Shown piece after piece: positions 25,318 to 37,829 of a stretch of DNA of 51,719 bases; within the stretch, counting starts at the first letter, position 1; each line of letters begins with the position of its first letter. The notes beneath the pieces were generated by a model. It saw only the letters and a program-made list of their open reading frames with translations, made no database searches and was not told the DNA's origin. Where the stretch lies: positions 1 through 51,719 of the forward strand of contig NW_021834569.1 of the NCBI RefSeq assembly GCF_006345805.1, read 5' to 3'. Source of the DNA: Octopus sinensis (lineage: Eukaryota). Position numbers and translations under genes: made by a program.

Positions 25318-26122
25318 AGGCAAAAATCTCACGTATTAAGAATATCCTTGATGAAAACGACAGCGAGAATATAACAATGATGAACTCCCAATTATTCGCG
25401 ATAAAGAAATTCAATTCATCCTATGATTTTCTCTTTAAATTAAATGCATATATCATTATCGACCATGAATCAAAATTAAAGCTATTATCATATTTGACTT
25501 TGACAGGATGTGCATTACAGATTGCACGACCTTGAATAGAGTGTGCAATTAACAGATTTTGAAAAACACTTTGATAGTTAAAACCACATTAGCACAATCA
25601 TTACACAATTTACCACCAATTGACAGCGCAATCAGAAATTTTGCGTAAAAATATTAACTATTAAGTTAAGTTTTTCGTATAGATAGAATTTATTTTCGGT
25701 ATGCCTCTTTTCCTAAACTTTTTTATTATTCAAAAATAATTTTTTAAATAGATAACCGAAGGAGGAAAAACGAAGCTGAAGAAAAAACGGTCTGCTTAAG
25801 GTAATTAATTAAATCTTTTTTGTGTCGCTTTTCTGCTTCTACTCTGCCTGCCGCATCTCCGGCTGCCCCATTTCCGCCAGTGGTTTGTCTAATCAAGGTC
25901 ACTAAGCTAAATCTCCGGACTATAAAGGCTCTTAAGCATTATCTTAATTGGCTGTTAAAAAATTAGACTGGTTGTTGCCGTGGCGGCAGAGATTTTTTTT
26001 GTTTATACTATTTTACAATTTTTAAATTTTAAAGTTTTTTTTTTTTTTTTTTATTTTTTTGTTTTTAAATTATTTATTTTTATTTTTTTTCTTTATTTTT
26101 TGTTATTTTCTAAAAATTCAAC

Positions 26123-26596
26123 CGGATTGAATTTTTAAACTCCTTAGATCCCTCTGGAATGCCGAATCATCTTTTAAAGTTAAAGATAGGCGTTCCAGTG
26201 GTTTTATTACGAAATCTTGCGCCACCTAAATTATGCAACGGAACGAGGTTAGTTATCAAAAATTTGATGGCTAACGTAATAGAGGCTACGATATTAACAG
26301 GTAAGTATAGAGGTAAGGATGTTTATATTCCACGAATTCCGATAATTTCTGATGAATTACCATTTAGATTTAAAAGGCTGCAATTTCCTTTGAGGATGAG
26401 TTTTGCAATGACAATAAACAAGGCCCAGGGACAGTCATTAAAGGTAGTTGGGTTATTTTTAGAGAGTGAGTGCTTTTCACATGGACAGCTGTATGTGGGA
26501 TGCTCGAGGGTAGGCAGAAGAGAAAATTTATTCATATATGCCAAGGAAGGACGACAAACATCGTTTATCAACAGCGATAGAATAGGGTTACATTAA
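26123..26596 (+). pseudogene. Helitron PIF1-like helicase C-terminal fragment
   Basis: [30 protein letters not shown]...LCNGTRL...[23 protein letters not shown]...[13 protein letters not shown]. Confidence 0.93.
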
Positions 26597-26846
26597 CCAG
26601 GTAGTTTTATACATCTACATAAACTTATAGTTGTTTGATGAAACAGGCCCTCCGCAGGAGCTAGGTCGCGGTGAGCGAAGCGAGCTGCCGAGCTAGTTTG
26701 TATAATAACATAAAATAAACTGGTGACCAAATACCACCAACGGTGTAGATAAGTCTCTACAGGCTTATATACAGTCAATTTTTCATAAAAGGACTCTGAC
26801 CAGTATTTTAGGCCCAAAACCGAGGTTATTATGTTCATAAAGATCT

Positions 26847-27190
26847 ATCTGGGACGCCACCTGTTCCGACACTTTCTCCGCCAAAATCTAATTGTCTCCG
26901 CTGCGGAACCGGGCTCAGTTACAAAGCAGGCGGAACTAACAAAACAGAAGAAGTATCGGGTCCTGGCAATGAATCACCTATTCACTGCAGTCGCGGTGGA
27001 AACCTCTAGAGTCATCGGCCCGCAGACGCTATCGTTTCTTTCTTCCCCGCCGCCTTGGATCTAAGCTCGTGGTTGCCACGAAGATCCCAACGAGTCGATC
27101 AGACTCTTTCAAAGGATCTCATTGGCCATCATGTGCGGGAATTGCCAGTCGATCCGCTGCGCATTTTAACTCTTTTCGATTGGTTATATT
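26847..27190 (+). mobile_element. CRE-like non-LTR RLE 3' remnant
   Basis: WDATCSDTF...SAAEPGSVTKQAELTKQKKY...AVAVETSRVIGPQTLSFL. Confidence 0.8.
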
Positions 27191-27239
27191 GTTCCATTAA
27201 AAAAATACTCAAAGAAAAAAAAATTGAAAAAAATATCAA

Positions 27240-27930
27240 TAAGGATACATTGTGGTTTTATAACTACTACATCAGGCTGATTGAAATCAAATTATGAGAA
27301 TTTGAAAATATTGCTCTGTGGTGCATAAAAGTAAGCAATTGCTCCTCCAATTTCTCAAGGACATTGAATGAAGGATACAGTTGTTTGATAAGAGATGGAA
27401 TTATGGAGGCCATGAGATTAAAGAAAACATATATGACTGCTATCAAGGAATTCCTATGTAGAAAGTACCAAACAGGGAATCCTGAAAAGACTCAAACTGA
27501 AGGTTTGAAAGATGTGAAAGAAAAGTATTTAATTGAGAAGAATCAATTTAAAAACAAAGAAAATTGTATAAATACGAATAATAAAGAAATAATAATGTTT
27601 TAGAAATTTCAAATATGTAAAAGAAACAGATTAAAGAATAAACTCAAAAAATATTCAAAAATGATGGAATTTCAGATAAAATAATCATTAGAAGAAACAA
27701 CATCACGAATATTCCTTCTGAATTCAATTACATTAAAAATAAGTACAGTTAAATAATGATACAGCACAACAAAGTAATCAACTCATGCGAACACGTGTCT
27801 TATTTATTAGGTTTACCACCATCAAAATTATAATATTTTAAATAGTAGATAATCAGAATAAGATAGGAAAATATAAAATAAACAGTTGACCATTTTGCCA
27901 CGAGATGTAGGAAATATGAAAAATGAAAAG
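27240..27930 (+). mobile_element. R4/Dong-like remnant (RT thumb to zinc knuckle)
   Basis: YNYYIRLIEIKL*EFENI and TVDHFATRCRK. Confidence 0.5.
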
Positions 27931-28544
27931 GATAGGCCACCATAAGGCTATCTTGTACTTCACATACAGATAGATAATGGCCAATCGGCCAAGATATCGG
28001 AATTGATTCCAGCAAACACAAATCATGGTGGTGCAAAGGAATTGTTTCTTAGTGGTCACACGCCAAAAAAGGTTAAAGAGAATGAATGGGACATCCCGCG
28101 AACTTTTCACTTCATACTTGGCTAAGTTTGAGAGAAGAAATGATACGTTTTTGTAATAAAGGCGGAAATCTTTTCAAAAAATTTTCATTGCTATAAACGA
28201 ACAATATTCCTTTCAATATGCCATTTCAATTGTTTCTAGTGTTATTTTTTTTAACTTTTGTCATTAAAAATGTTTCTGTTTTTAGAGTTATGAAATTTAG
28301 GGTTGCCGCAGTAATATCATATTTTGTAAAATGTTAATAATTTATAAAAAGAATATAACAATAATAATTAAATTCGGCAAAATACATCTTTTGAGACACT
28401 CCAAAAATTTATGAGTTAGATTTCAACTTGAAAAAATTTAAGAAATAAAAAATTGAATAGTTATTTTAAAAAAATGTTTTAAAATGAAAAAATTATCGAT
28501 TAATCAAAATCAATGAAAAAACAAAATAAAAATTTATCAAACAA

Positions 28545-29021
28545 GAATCGGAATCTCTCTGCACCTCGGACTAAGGCAATGTGTCCCGCACAGGTGCCGT
28601 TGTGGCTGCACTGTTGAACCTTTCGGTCCTTTATTGTGCAGGAGGAGTGCCGGACGTTTTCCGAAGCACTCTGCTATGAACGACATCATACGGAGGGCCC
28701 TCGACTCGGCGGGATTTCCTTTGGTCCTCGAACCACCGGGTCTTGACCGCGGCTACGGGAAACGCACTGACGGATGAAACTTTTCCTCTTTTGAAAGGGG
28801 AAAAAGCCTCGTATGGGATCCACCTGCTGGGACACTTTTTTCTGCTTCACATTTAACTTTTTGTGCTCTGGAGGCTAAATCTGCAGCTAAGAAGGCTGAA
28901 ATTTAAAGCTATCAAAATATTCTGCCCTTTCGGAGAAGTTTTTAGTAGTGCCGATAGCGGCGGAGACGTTAGGTGCTCTCGGTCCAAAGACTGAAAAGTT
29001 CCTTCGCAAGCTCGGAAATTT
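28545..29021 (+). mobile_element. CRE-like non-LTR zinc-knuckle/RLE remnant
   Basis: HRCRCG...[26 protein letters not shown]...[16 protein letters not shown]...SLVWD...PIAAETLGALGP. Confidence 0.85.
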
Positions 29022-29120
29022 ATCAACTATAGAGCAAAAAAGCACAACTTATTGTATTATCGGCATAAACACTTTCTGGGGCACTGGTGTCCCACCCCGA
29101 GGTTAGACTGTATTATGTTT
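29022..29120 (+). repeat. 3' end of an RLE-type retroelement family; paralog of 40500-40860 lacking the MITE
   Basis: CAACTATAGAGCAAAAAAGCACAACTTATTGTATTATC and CCCACCCC.GGTTAGACTGTATT are shared with 40500-40850. Confidence 0.85.
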
Positions 29121-29264
29121 CGGTACTTGTAGATTTCATGCTGCACGAATAATGCTCTAACTTAATTTTGGAAAATTTTTTTGATTATTTGAACTAAAAT
29201 TAAAAAAATGAACAATGCCGAATTTGTAAATTTATTATAAATTTTTTTAAGGAAAATTGCCTGT

Positions 29265-31585
29265 CAATCCTAGCAGGAGATCTTAATGCCAAAATGTGAG
29301 TTATGGATGTGAAACTACGAATATGGATGGAACTGTCCTTGAGGACTTGGCCAGTAGCTTGGGTTTTTCGGTCTTTCTTTACATCGGAAGAACTGAATCA
29401 TTATGCAGACAGAGGCAGGGCTGATCGCTTGGGTCTCTTTCTATGCTCGGCATCAATTAGTCCTTTATGTTACATACCGAGGTTGGAAGCGGGCATTGGC
29501 TCTGACCACGTGCCGCAAACGATGTTGATAAAGATGACTATGAATGTTACGGAGGACTTGTTCATTGGTTACACCCTCGTGAACATGAACTGGAGTTTAT
29601 TCGAATCATATATGCGGGATTCTCTTCGAAATGTCGTGTCCCAGCCTCTGAGAAGCAGAGATGATATTGACAATCTCGATGATCACCTTAGATCGTCAAT
29701 CATAAAATTCCTGGATGTTTATGGCATTAAAATGTATGGAAACCCAAAGGAACGCAAAAGCGGATGAATTTGAAACTTGTCACTCTGATCAGAACGAAAG
29801 TACCCTGGAAAATCGCAGGAGAAGATGTCGGGTGAGTCAATCAAATGCCGCCTGAAATTGGAGATCGACAGATAATCTCTACTACTATGCAAAAATGGCC
29901 AAGACTGAGGTCGAAAGTAAATGGAGGTCTGAATGCAGAAAACTGGATAAGCGAAACCCTAATTTCTGGAAAGCATATCAACGCCTTACCAGAAATGATG
30001 CCAAAGGATTTGAAATTTCACTAAAAGAACCAGACGGGAAATATATCTCCTCTGATCGTATCCCGGAAGTACTCAGGAACCAACTTAGTCAGGTTCAAGA
30101 GGTCGAATCTACCGTTCCACGAGGGACTTATGCCGAATTGTGAAGAAGCTTGGCTCTTCGCAATTATCGGAGGGACCATTATGTGGGGCGATAACACAGG
30201 AAGAGGTTGAAAGGGCAATTGCTGGGTTGAAGAACAAGGCGCCTGGCTTCGACTACATCCCTCCGAAGTTGTTAAAGAAGGCCCCTGAAATCTTGATACG
30301 AGCATTGACTATGTTTGTTTCACGCCAGCTGGACGTTCGGACACCTTCCATCGGCGTGGAAGCATACGATTGTTCGAATGATTCCAAAATCTGGTAAATC
30401 GACACTGCTGGCACAGAACTACCGGCCAATTAGCCTCATTTGTGCTTTCTCTAAGACAATGGAAAAGATTGTCTTTAACAGACTCTCTGGTCATATAGAA
30501 TCACAAAATTTGCTTTTACCTGACAATGGGGATTTCGTGGAGGAAGATCCACAGGGACTGCCTCAGGGAGTTAGAGCACCAATTATCCCGTGCTGACAGA
30601 AATGAAGCATGGCTAACTGTGGTGTGTCTGGATCTGGCCAAAGCCTTCGATAGCGTGTGGCACCTGGGCCTACTCTCCAGAATCCATGACATCGGAGCCG
30701 GGATAAAGACCAATCGATGGCTGGAGAGCTTCTTGTCAGGAAGACAATCATTTGTCCGCTGTGGAAACCGCCTATCGGGGTGTGTGGACTTAGAAGGGGA
30801 GTCCCGCAGGGATCTATCTTGAGTCCACTTCTGTTCAACCTCTTCTTGGCGGACATTCCTCTGCCGTCGACACGTACTGGCAAGCTCGTTATCTATGCTG
30901 ACGATATCCTGGTCATGGATACCTCGAAAAGGATATCGCAGTCTTGGAGACGACTGAAATCATACATTGCAACGCTAAAGATGTGGACTATAGAGAAGGG
31001 TTTGACCCTAGCACCGGAGAAGAGCACCATTTCATGGTTGCGGAGAGGAGTCGCTATGCGGAGTCTTGTGCATATGCGATGAGTAGCTATGTGATGGATC
31101 TCTCGAAAAGAAAAAATCTTTCTTACCTGGGAGCAACCATTAACTGTCGTGGCTCGTACGTAGAGCATATAGCAAATCAGAGAAAAGGAGTGTGAGGATC
31201 CTCAAAAGCTTAACCAGGTTCCATCTGGATCCGGAACGTACATCTACGTATACAAAACGTGTGTGCAGCCAGTCCTCACATATGGCTACGAGGGCTGGTA
31301 CGGTACGGAGGAGAGTGACTACCTGATCGAACAGTTGGAAAAGACAAGACGTTTCGTTATGAAATTGGCTTACGGAGTACAACTTGACGGAAGGTTAAAA
31401 GACTCACAAGAATCCTCTGTGCCCACGATCCGGATGGTCTTGGAGAATTGTCGTCAAACATGACTAGTATTGGGGATACGCATGGAAAGAGACACTTCGG
31501 TGCCTTGTTTTATCTCCCCGCCGATGATTTCTCTTTGTTTTTTCTTTTCTTTTCGCTCAATAAACACTATTCTATTCTATTCTCT
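29265..31585 (+). mobile_element. Jockey/I-like LINE, 5'-truncated ORF2 (APE+RT), frameshifted
   Basis: AGDLNAK, GSDH, KNKAPGFD, NYRPISL, LDLAKAFDSVWH, GVPQGSILSPLLFNLF, YADD; tail AATAAACACT(ATTCT)3. Confidence 0.92.
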
Positions 31586-31939
31586 CTTGTTTAATTATCT
31601 TAACTTTAATGAAAACCTAATAAATTACGACACATGTGATCACGTGTATGTTTTACTTTGTTGTATTCTTTTATTATTTTTCTTTACTTTATTTTTAATG
31701 TAATTGGATTCAGAAGGAATATTGTTGATTTAGTTTCTTTAATTATTAAATTATCTGAAATTTCATCATTTTGTGATATTTTTTCATTTTATTCCATTAA
31801 TCTGTCTCTTCTACATATTTTGAACTTTCTAAACACAATTATCTTTATTAATTCAATTCTCTTTTTTTGTTTGTTCATATTTTCCGATTATATTATGTTC
31901 ATTATCTTTATTTTTACTAATAGTACACGTAGTTTCAAA

Positions 31940-32900
31940 TTTTTCTGAAACTGCTTACTTATTTATATTCAGTTCGTCATATAATGGGTATCTACGGTTA
32001 ACAGGGTTATCATCCCTATCGTGTTTCAGCAGCACTGTATCTCCTATTATATTTCCACTTACGACGTTTTTCATTTTCTTACCAGCTTTAACAAGGTTTT
32101 CATGCACTTTTTTCTCAGTATTTTTATTGTCATTCTTAAAATAATTTGAATTTGACTCACTTAGTTCTGCATTTGTTCCGTCGAACATATACAAACGGGA
32201 TGGACTTTTCCAGCTCCCTTTCGAAACTGGAAAAGTCTTCAGACTTCTCCACTCGAGCAGGAATTGGTGGGCTCCCTCTTCAGGACTCGATACCGCCTAG
32301 ACGGCTGTATCGAGTCCAAAATCCCTAAGATTTTAACGACTGATGCCTTTCCACAGGTGGGAAAGACCTCTAGTCGTGCTACCACGCCAAAGTAATTCTA
32401 CCACCGGCGCGGCGGTCTTCCTCTGGTGTGCATTCACCTCTGGAGACGAGTTAGCAGTACCTAAACTGTTAGAGACCGGACGGCAAGCGACACGTTTAGG
32501 TTTCCCCACGGTACGCCAGCCGTCCTCACGACTACCTTTGTAAGTTGCACATCAGATCCTGTTCGCGATCGTTTTTCAATCACTTTTTTCTCCTTTAATA
32601 TTCGGATTTCTGTGCACCACAGGAAACACAACCATTCTCGCACGCTACAATCGATTGGTCGTGGACACAATGACGAGCTTGTGTAGCCGTTTACATCCTT
32701 CAGATACAATTTCCCCTCAATTATTGCGAAATTCTCTGCCTTTTTTTCAGTCGATACTTCTTATGCTTGTTAAGATCGACATTCTCATTTTCAAGTATGG
32801 ATCTGTCTTTCAATAGATAGGTTCTTGAATAAATCTTTTTTAACCTTCTTGTTATTTCTTCAGCTGATTTGGTTTTTGCAAATTTTACCACTCAAATTGT
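31940..32900 (-). mobile_element. Ginger2-like transposon remnant interrupted by a structured insert
   Basis: C-terminus NRRYPLYDELNINK matches VRQYPLYDGLDVNK of the 36.4-37.8 kb element. N-terminal ENFAIIEGKLYLKD matches KNFHFENGKTYFRK. Confidence 0.6.
32200..32545. other. GC-rich, multi-hairpin non-coding repeat (partial second copy at 34371-34447)
   Basis: Perfect stems 32203-13/32227-37, 32283-93/32307-17, 32371-78/32527-34 and 32459-66/32494-501. Confidence 0.75.
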
Positions 32901-33099
32901 CCATTTTTTCCGTTTCAGTTTGTTACGGGTCTTTATAAGGGCGTTTACTTCGTGGCTTTAACTTTGGGAGAAATTTGGTATAATTCCTTGTGGAATGAAT
33001 TTTTTGGAGGTCAAGATGATAAGTGCATTGAGATAATTGACTGCTGCGTCAGTCGAACGAACGAGTTGAAATGTCGAATCATTCAATGATTTTTTTTAG

Positions 33100-33720
33100 A
33101 GCGAGACTGTAGTCGTCTCAGAAAGCTCTTTTGTAATTCGTATAACACAACGCCGTTGAATGTCGATGTTGGGCTTAGGACATTCTCAATAATAATCGGG
33201 TTGTGATCAATTTAGGTCATAAATGACCTTCCAGAAGTAACAGGGGCCAGAATTGGAGTACACAGCGAGATGTCAGGAGAAGAAATTGCGTAGCCTTTTC
33301 TTGACGGTGTTCTGGTGTGTGATGAGGGATTGTTTGAGGATAACTAAATCATCAATTGGTCTAATAGTAGAGATCCTCTTGAATTGAGAGATTGATTTTT
33401 TACCATATCGGGATCTTTGCGCTCATATCACCACAATAATGCACCAACAATCAGTCCAAATTTGGAAAAGGAGTCGATTATAAAACCAACTATGACTTAT
33501 TCAAAAAGATTCATCCACAATTGCCGTCAAGATTTAATATCTCCTTAGATCCACTAAATCTGCAATATACCGATCTCTAGGTTTTCTTGCAATTTTGGGG
33601 TGATAGTTGGTTTTGTTGCCATGAAATTTTTCGATCAACACTGATTAAGAACATTACTTGGCAATAGACACATTTTGCTATCACACTACAAATTTTTCTT
33701 CTCTTGAATATATTTGGTCT
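33100..33720 (-). mobile_element. Ginger2-like integrase remnant (33440-33720) abutting a LINE APE remnant (33100-33460)
   Basis: KPRDRYIADLVDLRRY...IDSFSKF, then CGDMSAK...NSRGSLL...PDISLCT...DHNPII. Confidence 0.6.
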
Positions 33721-33789
33721 CTTAGTAACGAGAGCATTCTGTCTCTACCAAATCAAAAACAACGTTCCAGATTTCTTTGTTCTACTTTT

Positions 33790-34064
33790 CGCTATTTATG
33801 AGTCTTGAAACCTTCTATTGATCTATAAAAACCCGACCTCGTTGAAGAACGAGTCAATCTCCTTTCCCGCGGCTCCAGGGCAATTGGCGTAATACGCAAA
33901 CAGTCCGCGGGGGAAGAATACTTTTGTAGTTTCATCCTTTCGGCGTGGTTTGCAGCCGAACAAGGATTCGCAGCGGAGGAATCGATTCTCGACTTTGAGA
34001 AGGCATCCACAACGGTAACATCCCATACGAGGGCTTTCCCGAACGAGTACGGGAATATTGTCAA
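33790..34064 (-). mobile_element. CRE-like RLE remnant
   Basis: TIFPYSFGKALVWDVTVVDAFS...SAANHAERMKLQKY...PIALE. Confidence 0.82.
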
Positions 34065-34507
34065 ATTACTAATCTGTTTATAAACACAATTATTTATTGA
34101 AAAAATCGAATAAAGTTATTTGTATAGTTTTTTAATAATTTTTTAAATCATTCGAAATGTTTTTCAAATTTTTTACAGTATTTTGTTATATTTTGAGAAA
34201 AGCAATTCGAACAGAACTTAATTTATGACAATTTGAATTCCATCAAATAAAGTGATTGGGCTAATATCGTAGCTCTCATCGATTTGGCCATCTTCTGCAT
34301 TAAGCATGATATCTTCAACAGTATATTCTTCTTGAAACAGTGCAATGATTTCATCGTCATTAATGACTTTATACCGCTTAGATAATTGTATCGAGTCCAG
34401 AATACATAAATTTTAATGACTGAGGTCTTTCCACAGTTGGGAAAATCACGATCTTACTTTCAATAAACAAAATTGTGTTTTCACTTGAATGTCAATCACA
34501 ATTGAAG

Positions 34508-34585
34508 TGTTTCCTTGGCTATAGTACGTGGAAACTGTGTTTCCATTTACGAGGCCGGAATTTAGTTAGTTAATAACTATTTTAT
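34508..34585 (+). mobile_element. CRE-like extreme 3' end (5'-truncated)
   Basis: Near-identical to 43646-43716 (SLAIVRGNCVSIY followed by TAGTTAATAACTA). Confidence 0.85.
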
Positions 34586-35149
34586 TCTCTTTTTTTTCTG
34601 GTTTTATATAGCTAGTTTATAAAAAAATTGAAGTTTTCACCCAGATTTTCACTTCAGTGTCGTAAATATCGATCAAACTGAATTTGTGTTGATAAATTTA
34701 GATTTTTCAATGCCACACATTGTTCATATGTACAGATATATGCATCCTACAACTTCGTTATGTTTTCTCATGTAGTAACTGTTCAACATTCTGACCAAAT
34801 GATCAACGGATTTTTTGGCTTTTTTACAGTAATTACATGTTGATTCTTTTGGATCAAAAAATTAATTTCTATCCTAAACACTATATAGCTTTGTATTTAG
34901 GCTGCTATTTCTCGTGGGAAGCTATTGAGAAGATTCAACATTTTCATTCTCCTTACTGTTAAAAAAACAGAATACTGATTTGGAATGAGTTTTGTTTGCT
35001 TCTGTAATAAAGTAAGTAATGTTCTGAATAATCTTCATGCAAACTTTGATGAATTTTTATAGATTAGAAAAGAAATTCTCAACCTTCAAGAATTAAATCA
35101 ATAATTAAGAGTTTCTTTGTGCTCGACAAAAAATATTTTTACAAGCTTT

Positions 35150-35650
35150 CTACACGCACCGGAGGCACGGGTATCAGGTCGGCGCTGGATTTCGCACTTC
35201 CGGCATATCTGTTATCGCTTTTAAGCTGCAGTCATCTCGTCCAGAAAGTCCAAACTCACACTACTATCCTTGGACACAGTATTTGACGAGGCTTGCTTGC
35301 AGTAGAAGGAAGCTGAACTTTCGATCCAGGATGATGTCTCGAGACAGAATTGTTGGGACGCAATATTGTGCAAAGCTATTGTTGATGACCTAAAGCGGGG
35401 TTTAACCAACACTGTTTTGTCTGTTTGCTTTCTGGGCCACAACACGGGAAGGGTGCATGGCTCCACGCATTTCCATACAGTTCATTCGGTACTTTTATGG
35501 ACGACGATTGTGAGATAATTGGTGTCAGGAGATCGGGTCCCGCATGTCTGCTATCACAGGCGACGCCCGCGAATCAAATGGTTTTTCGAGCGGATATTCC
35601 TCGCGATAGTACGCTCTAATTCTTTCTCGATCGCGTCGGCATCCCGCCCA
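35150..35650 (+). mobile_element. CRE-like post-RT remnant
   Basis: GGTGIRSALDFALPAYL and GAWLHAFPYSSFGTFMDD. Confidence 0.78.
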
Positions 35651-36378
35651 TTAAGCTTTTATTAATTAACTTGTAGTTATTTACTTTGTTGTTTGTGGTT
35701 CATTGATTTTTAAAAAAAAATTTTCAAATTTATAAAATAAAAATGTACCGAAGTACACGAAAAAAATACGCCGTAGGACAGCCCGTATGGAACCGACCAC
35801 ACTCGAAGGCGACCCAAAGTGCAATGGATGGCCAGCGAATGGCACATTTGCCTAATTGATAACAAACATGCACGACCAGGTAAGTACTTTGCATATGCAC
35901 ACATTAGGAAATAGATACAACTAAATTATTAAAATGTATGGATTTTTATTAGCTTTGAGGTATATACATTTAAATAGATTATCCAATTTTTATTGAGTTT
36001 TAACATAAATGACAAATTAAGTAATTACAAATTTATTAAATTTATAAAAAGGTGATTTTTAAACACTACTTGTTTAATCCTTGATCGCTTAAATGTTTAT
36101 ATTCTCCATTCGACTGTATTTATGACTGTGTTTATGACATTTACATTAGTTATGACATTTACATTAGTTAACCATTATTTATTAATTTTTTAATAACCTC
36201 CGTATCAACGTGCTTTTAGGTAAGTCTTTCTTATAAGATTTTTATTTGTCATTTGGATTTATATGCAATGATAAAAATAAACTAACCTCAATGTTTAATT
36301 TGCATGGTCTTCTTGGCAAATAATTTTTCGTTTTTGTTTTCTGAAAAACAATACAAGTATTATTTAGTTTTTATTATA

Positions 36379-37769
36379 TGTGACAGTCCGAATAAAATAC
36401 ACGCCGAATAATCTACACTTGTCACAAATGGCTGAAAAAATTAGAAATCTAAAAATTAGTATGAAAAAATCAATAATTGATTATTTATTTAGTAGAATCA
36501 CATTATTATTTTTTATTTAAAAAAGCGTGAAACATGCGTGTAGTGAGATTATTTAAGGAACACTGGACAAAATCAAAGAAATGAAAGACTCCAACTTTGA
36601 TACATCGTCAATCGAGCGGCATGAGCGATACAGGCTCACAAAATTGGGAAAGAATTTCCATTTTGAAAATGGAAAAACATATTTTCGAAAAAATGGGCTC
36701 TTTGATTCTTTTTCCAAATATGTAATGCTTGAACTGTCGGTGACCAAATCTTCTGAAAATCGCAGATTTATTCCAAAGAATTTTTTTATTATGTCGGGCC
36801 TCCGCTTATTCTACACACTGATAATGGAAGGAATTTTGCAATTCGCAAATGGATGCTCTATGTACGAAATATGGTATAAAACATGTACGTGGGAGGCCTC
36901 GTGCTCCTTGGGTACAAGGGCAAGTCGAAAGGTTAATGATTTAAAATCGATTTGTAGATTTAATCAAAGCCATAAAACGCTGGATATCGTCGGCAAGTTC
37001 TTCTCAAAATTGTTTTGGACGATATCGCGAATGCATAAGGACATCGTGTATGATTACAATAACAGCATTCATTCTTCGACAAAAAAATCCCTTTTTATAA
37101 TATTCATGGGTGTTGAAAATCCTGGAAGGATTGATGAAGGGGGAATGGAGCAACTTTTAGCCTATGATTCAACTGGATTATCAGAGGCACGAGAAAGTGC
37201 ATTGAAAACTTAATTATTGCTGGCGAAAAAATGATTGAAAAAGAAAATGGAGATACGACGAAGAAAATATCAATGTCGGAACGACTGTGCTTTTAAGGTC
37301 TCAAGCGTCAAATTAATTTTTAGACAGGACAACGATGCCAATGTTCGGCAGTATCCGCTGTACGATGGACTTGATGTTAATAAGTATATTGTTGTCGAGC
37401 GAAGAAATGATCTCTATGTTATCGAAAAGGAGGAACGGTGAGCGGTTACACGGATTCATATTTCTCGATTAGCTAAAATTGATTAATTTTCATAAATCCA
37501 TATAAAAATAATTTTTTATTTAAATTCCGATAATTTTATATGAAAATTTTATTAGGATAACCTAAAATGGAATAACAATATTCAAACGTATAAGTTAACT
37601 GCGTAAATTGAGTGTGGTTGGGTTTTGTTTATATAATTATAAAAAGTTAATGAATTTTACATTAAAAATCATATTTTTAATATAATTAAACATTTTGTTG
37701 TGTAAATTTTTATTTCAGTAAAATTAAAAGAATGTAATTATTCGGCGTGTATTTATTCGGACGGTGACA
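36379..37769 (+). mobile_element. Ginger2/TDD-like integrase DNA transposon, both ends intact, internally deleted
   Basis: 33-34 bp TIRs TGT...ACA (36379-36412, 37737-37769) and TTATA on both flanks. rve motifs DSFSKY, GPPLILHTDNG and GRPRAPWVQGQVER lie in shifted frames. Confidence 0.85.
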
Positions 37770-37829
37770 TTATATATCGTAGATCTAGTCAAATGATGTT
37801 CAGTGAAACTTTTGTAATTACAGAGGAAT

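Larger units (their letters stand above)
23309..26696 (+). mobile_element. Non-autonomous Helitron, 3388 bp
   Basis: 5' TC preceded by A, 3' CTAG followed by T, GC-rich subterminal hairpin at about 26668-26688, internal PIF1 helicase remnant, and the flanks rejoin into one retroelement sequence. Confidence 0.88.
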
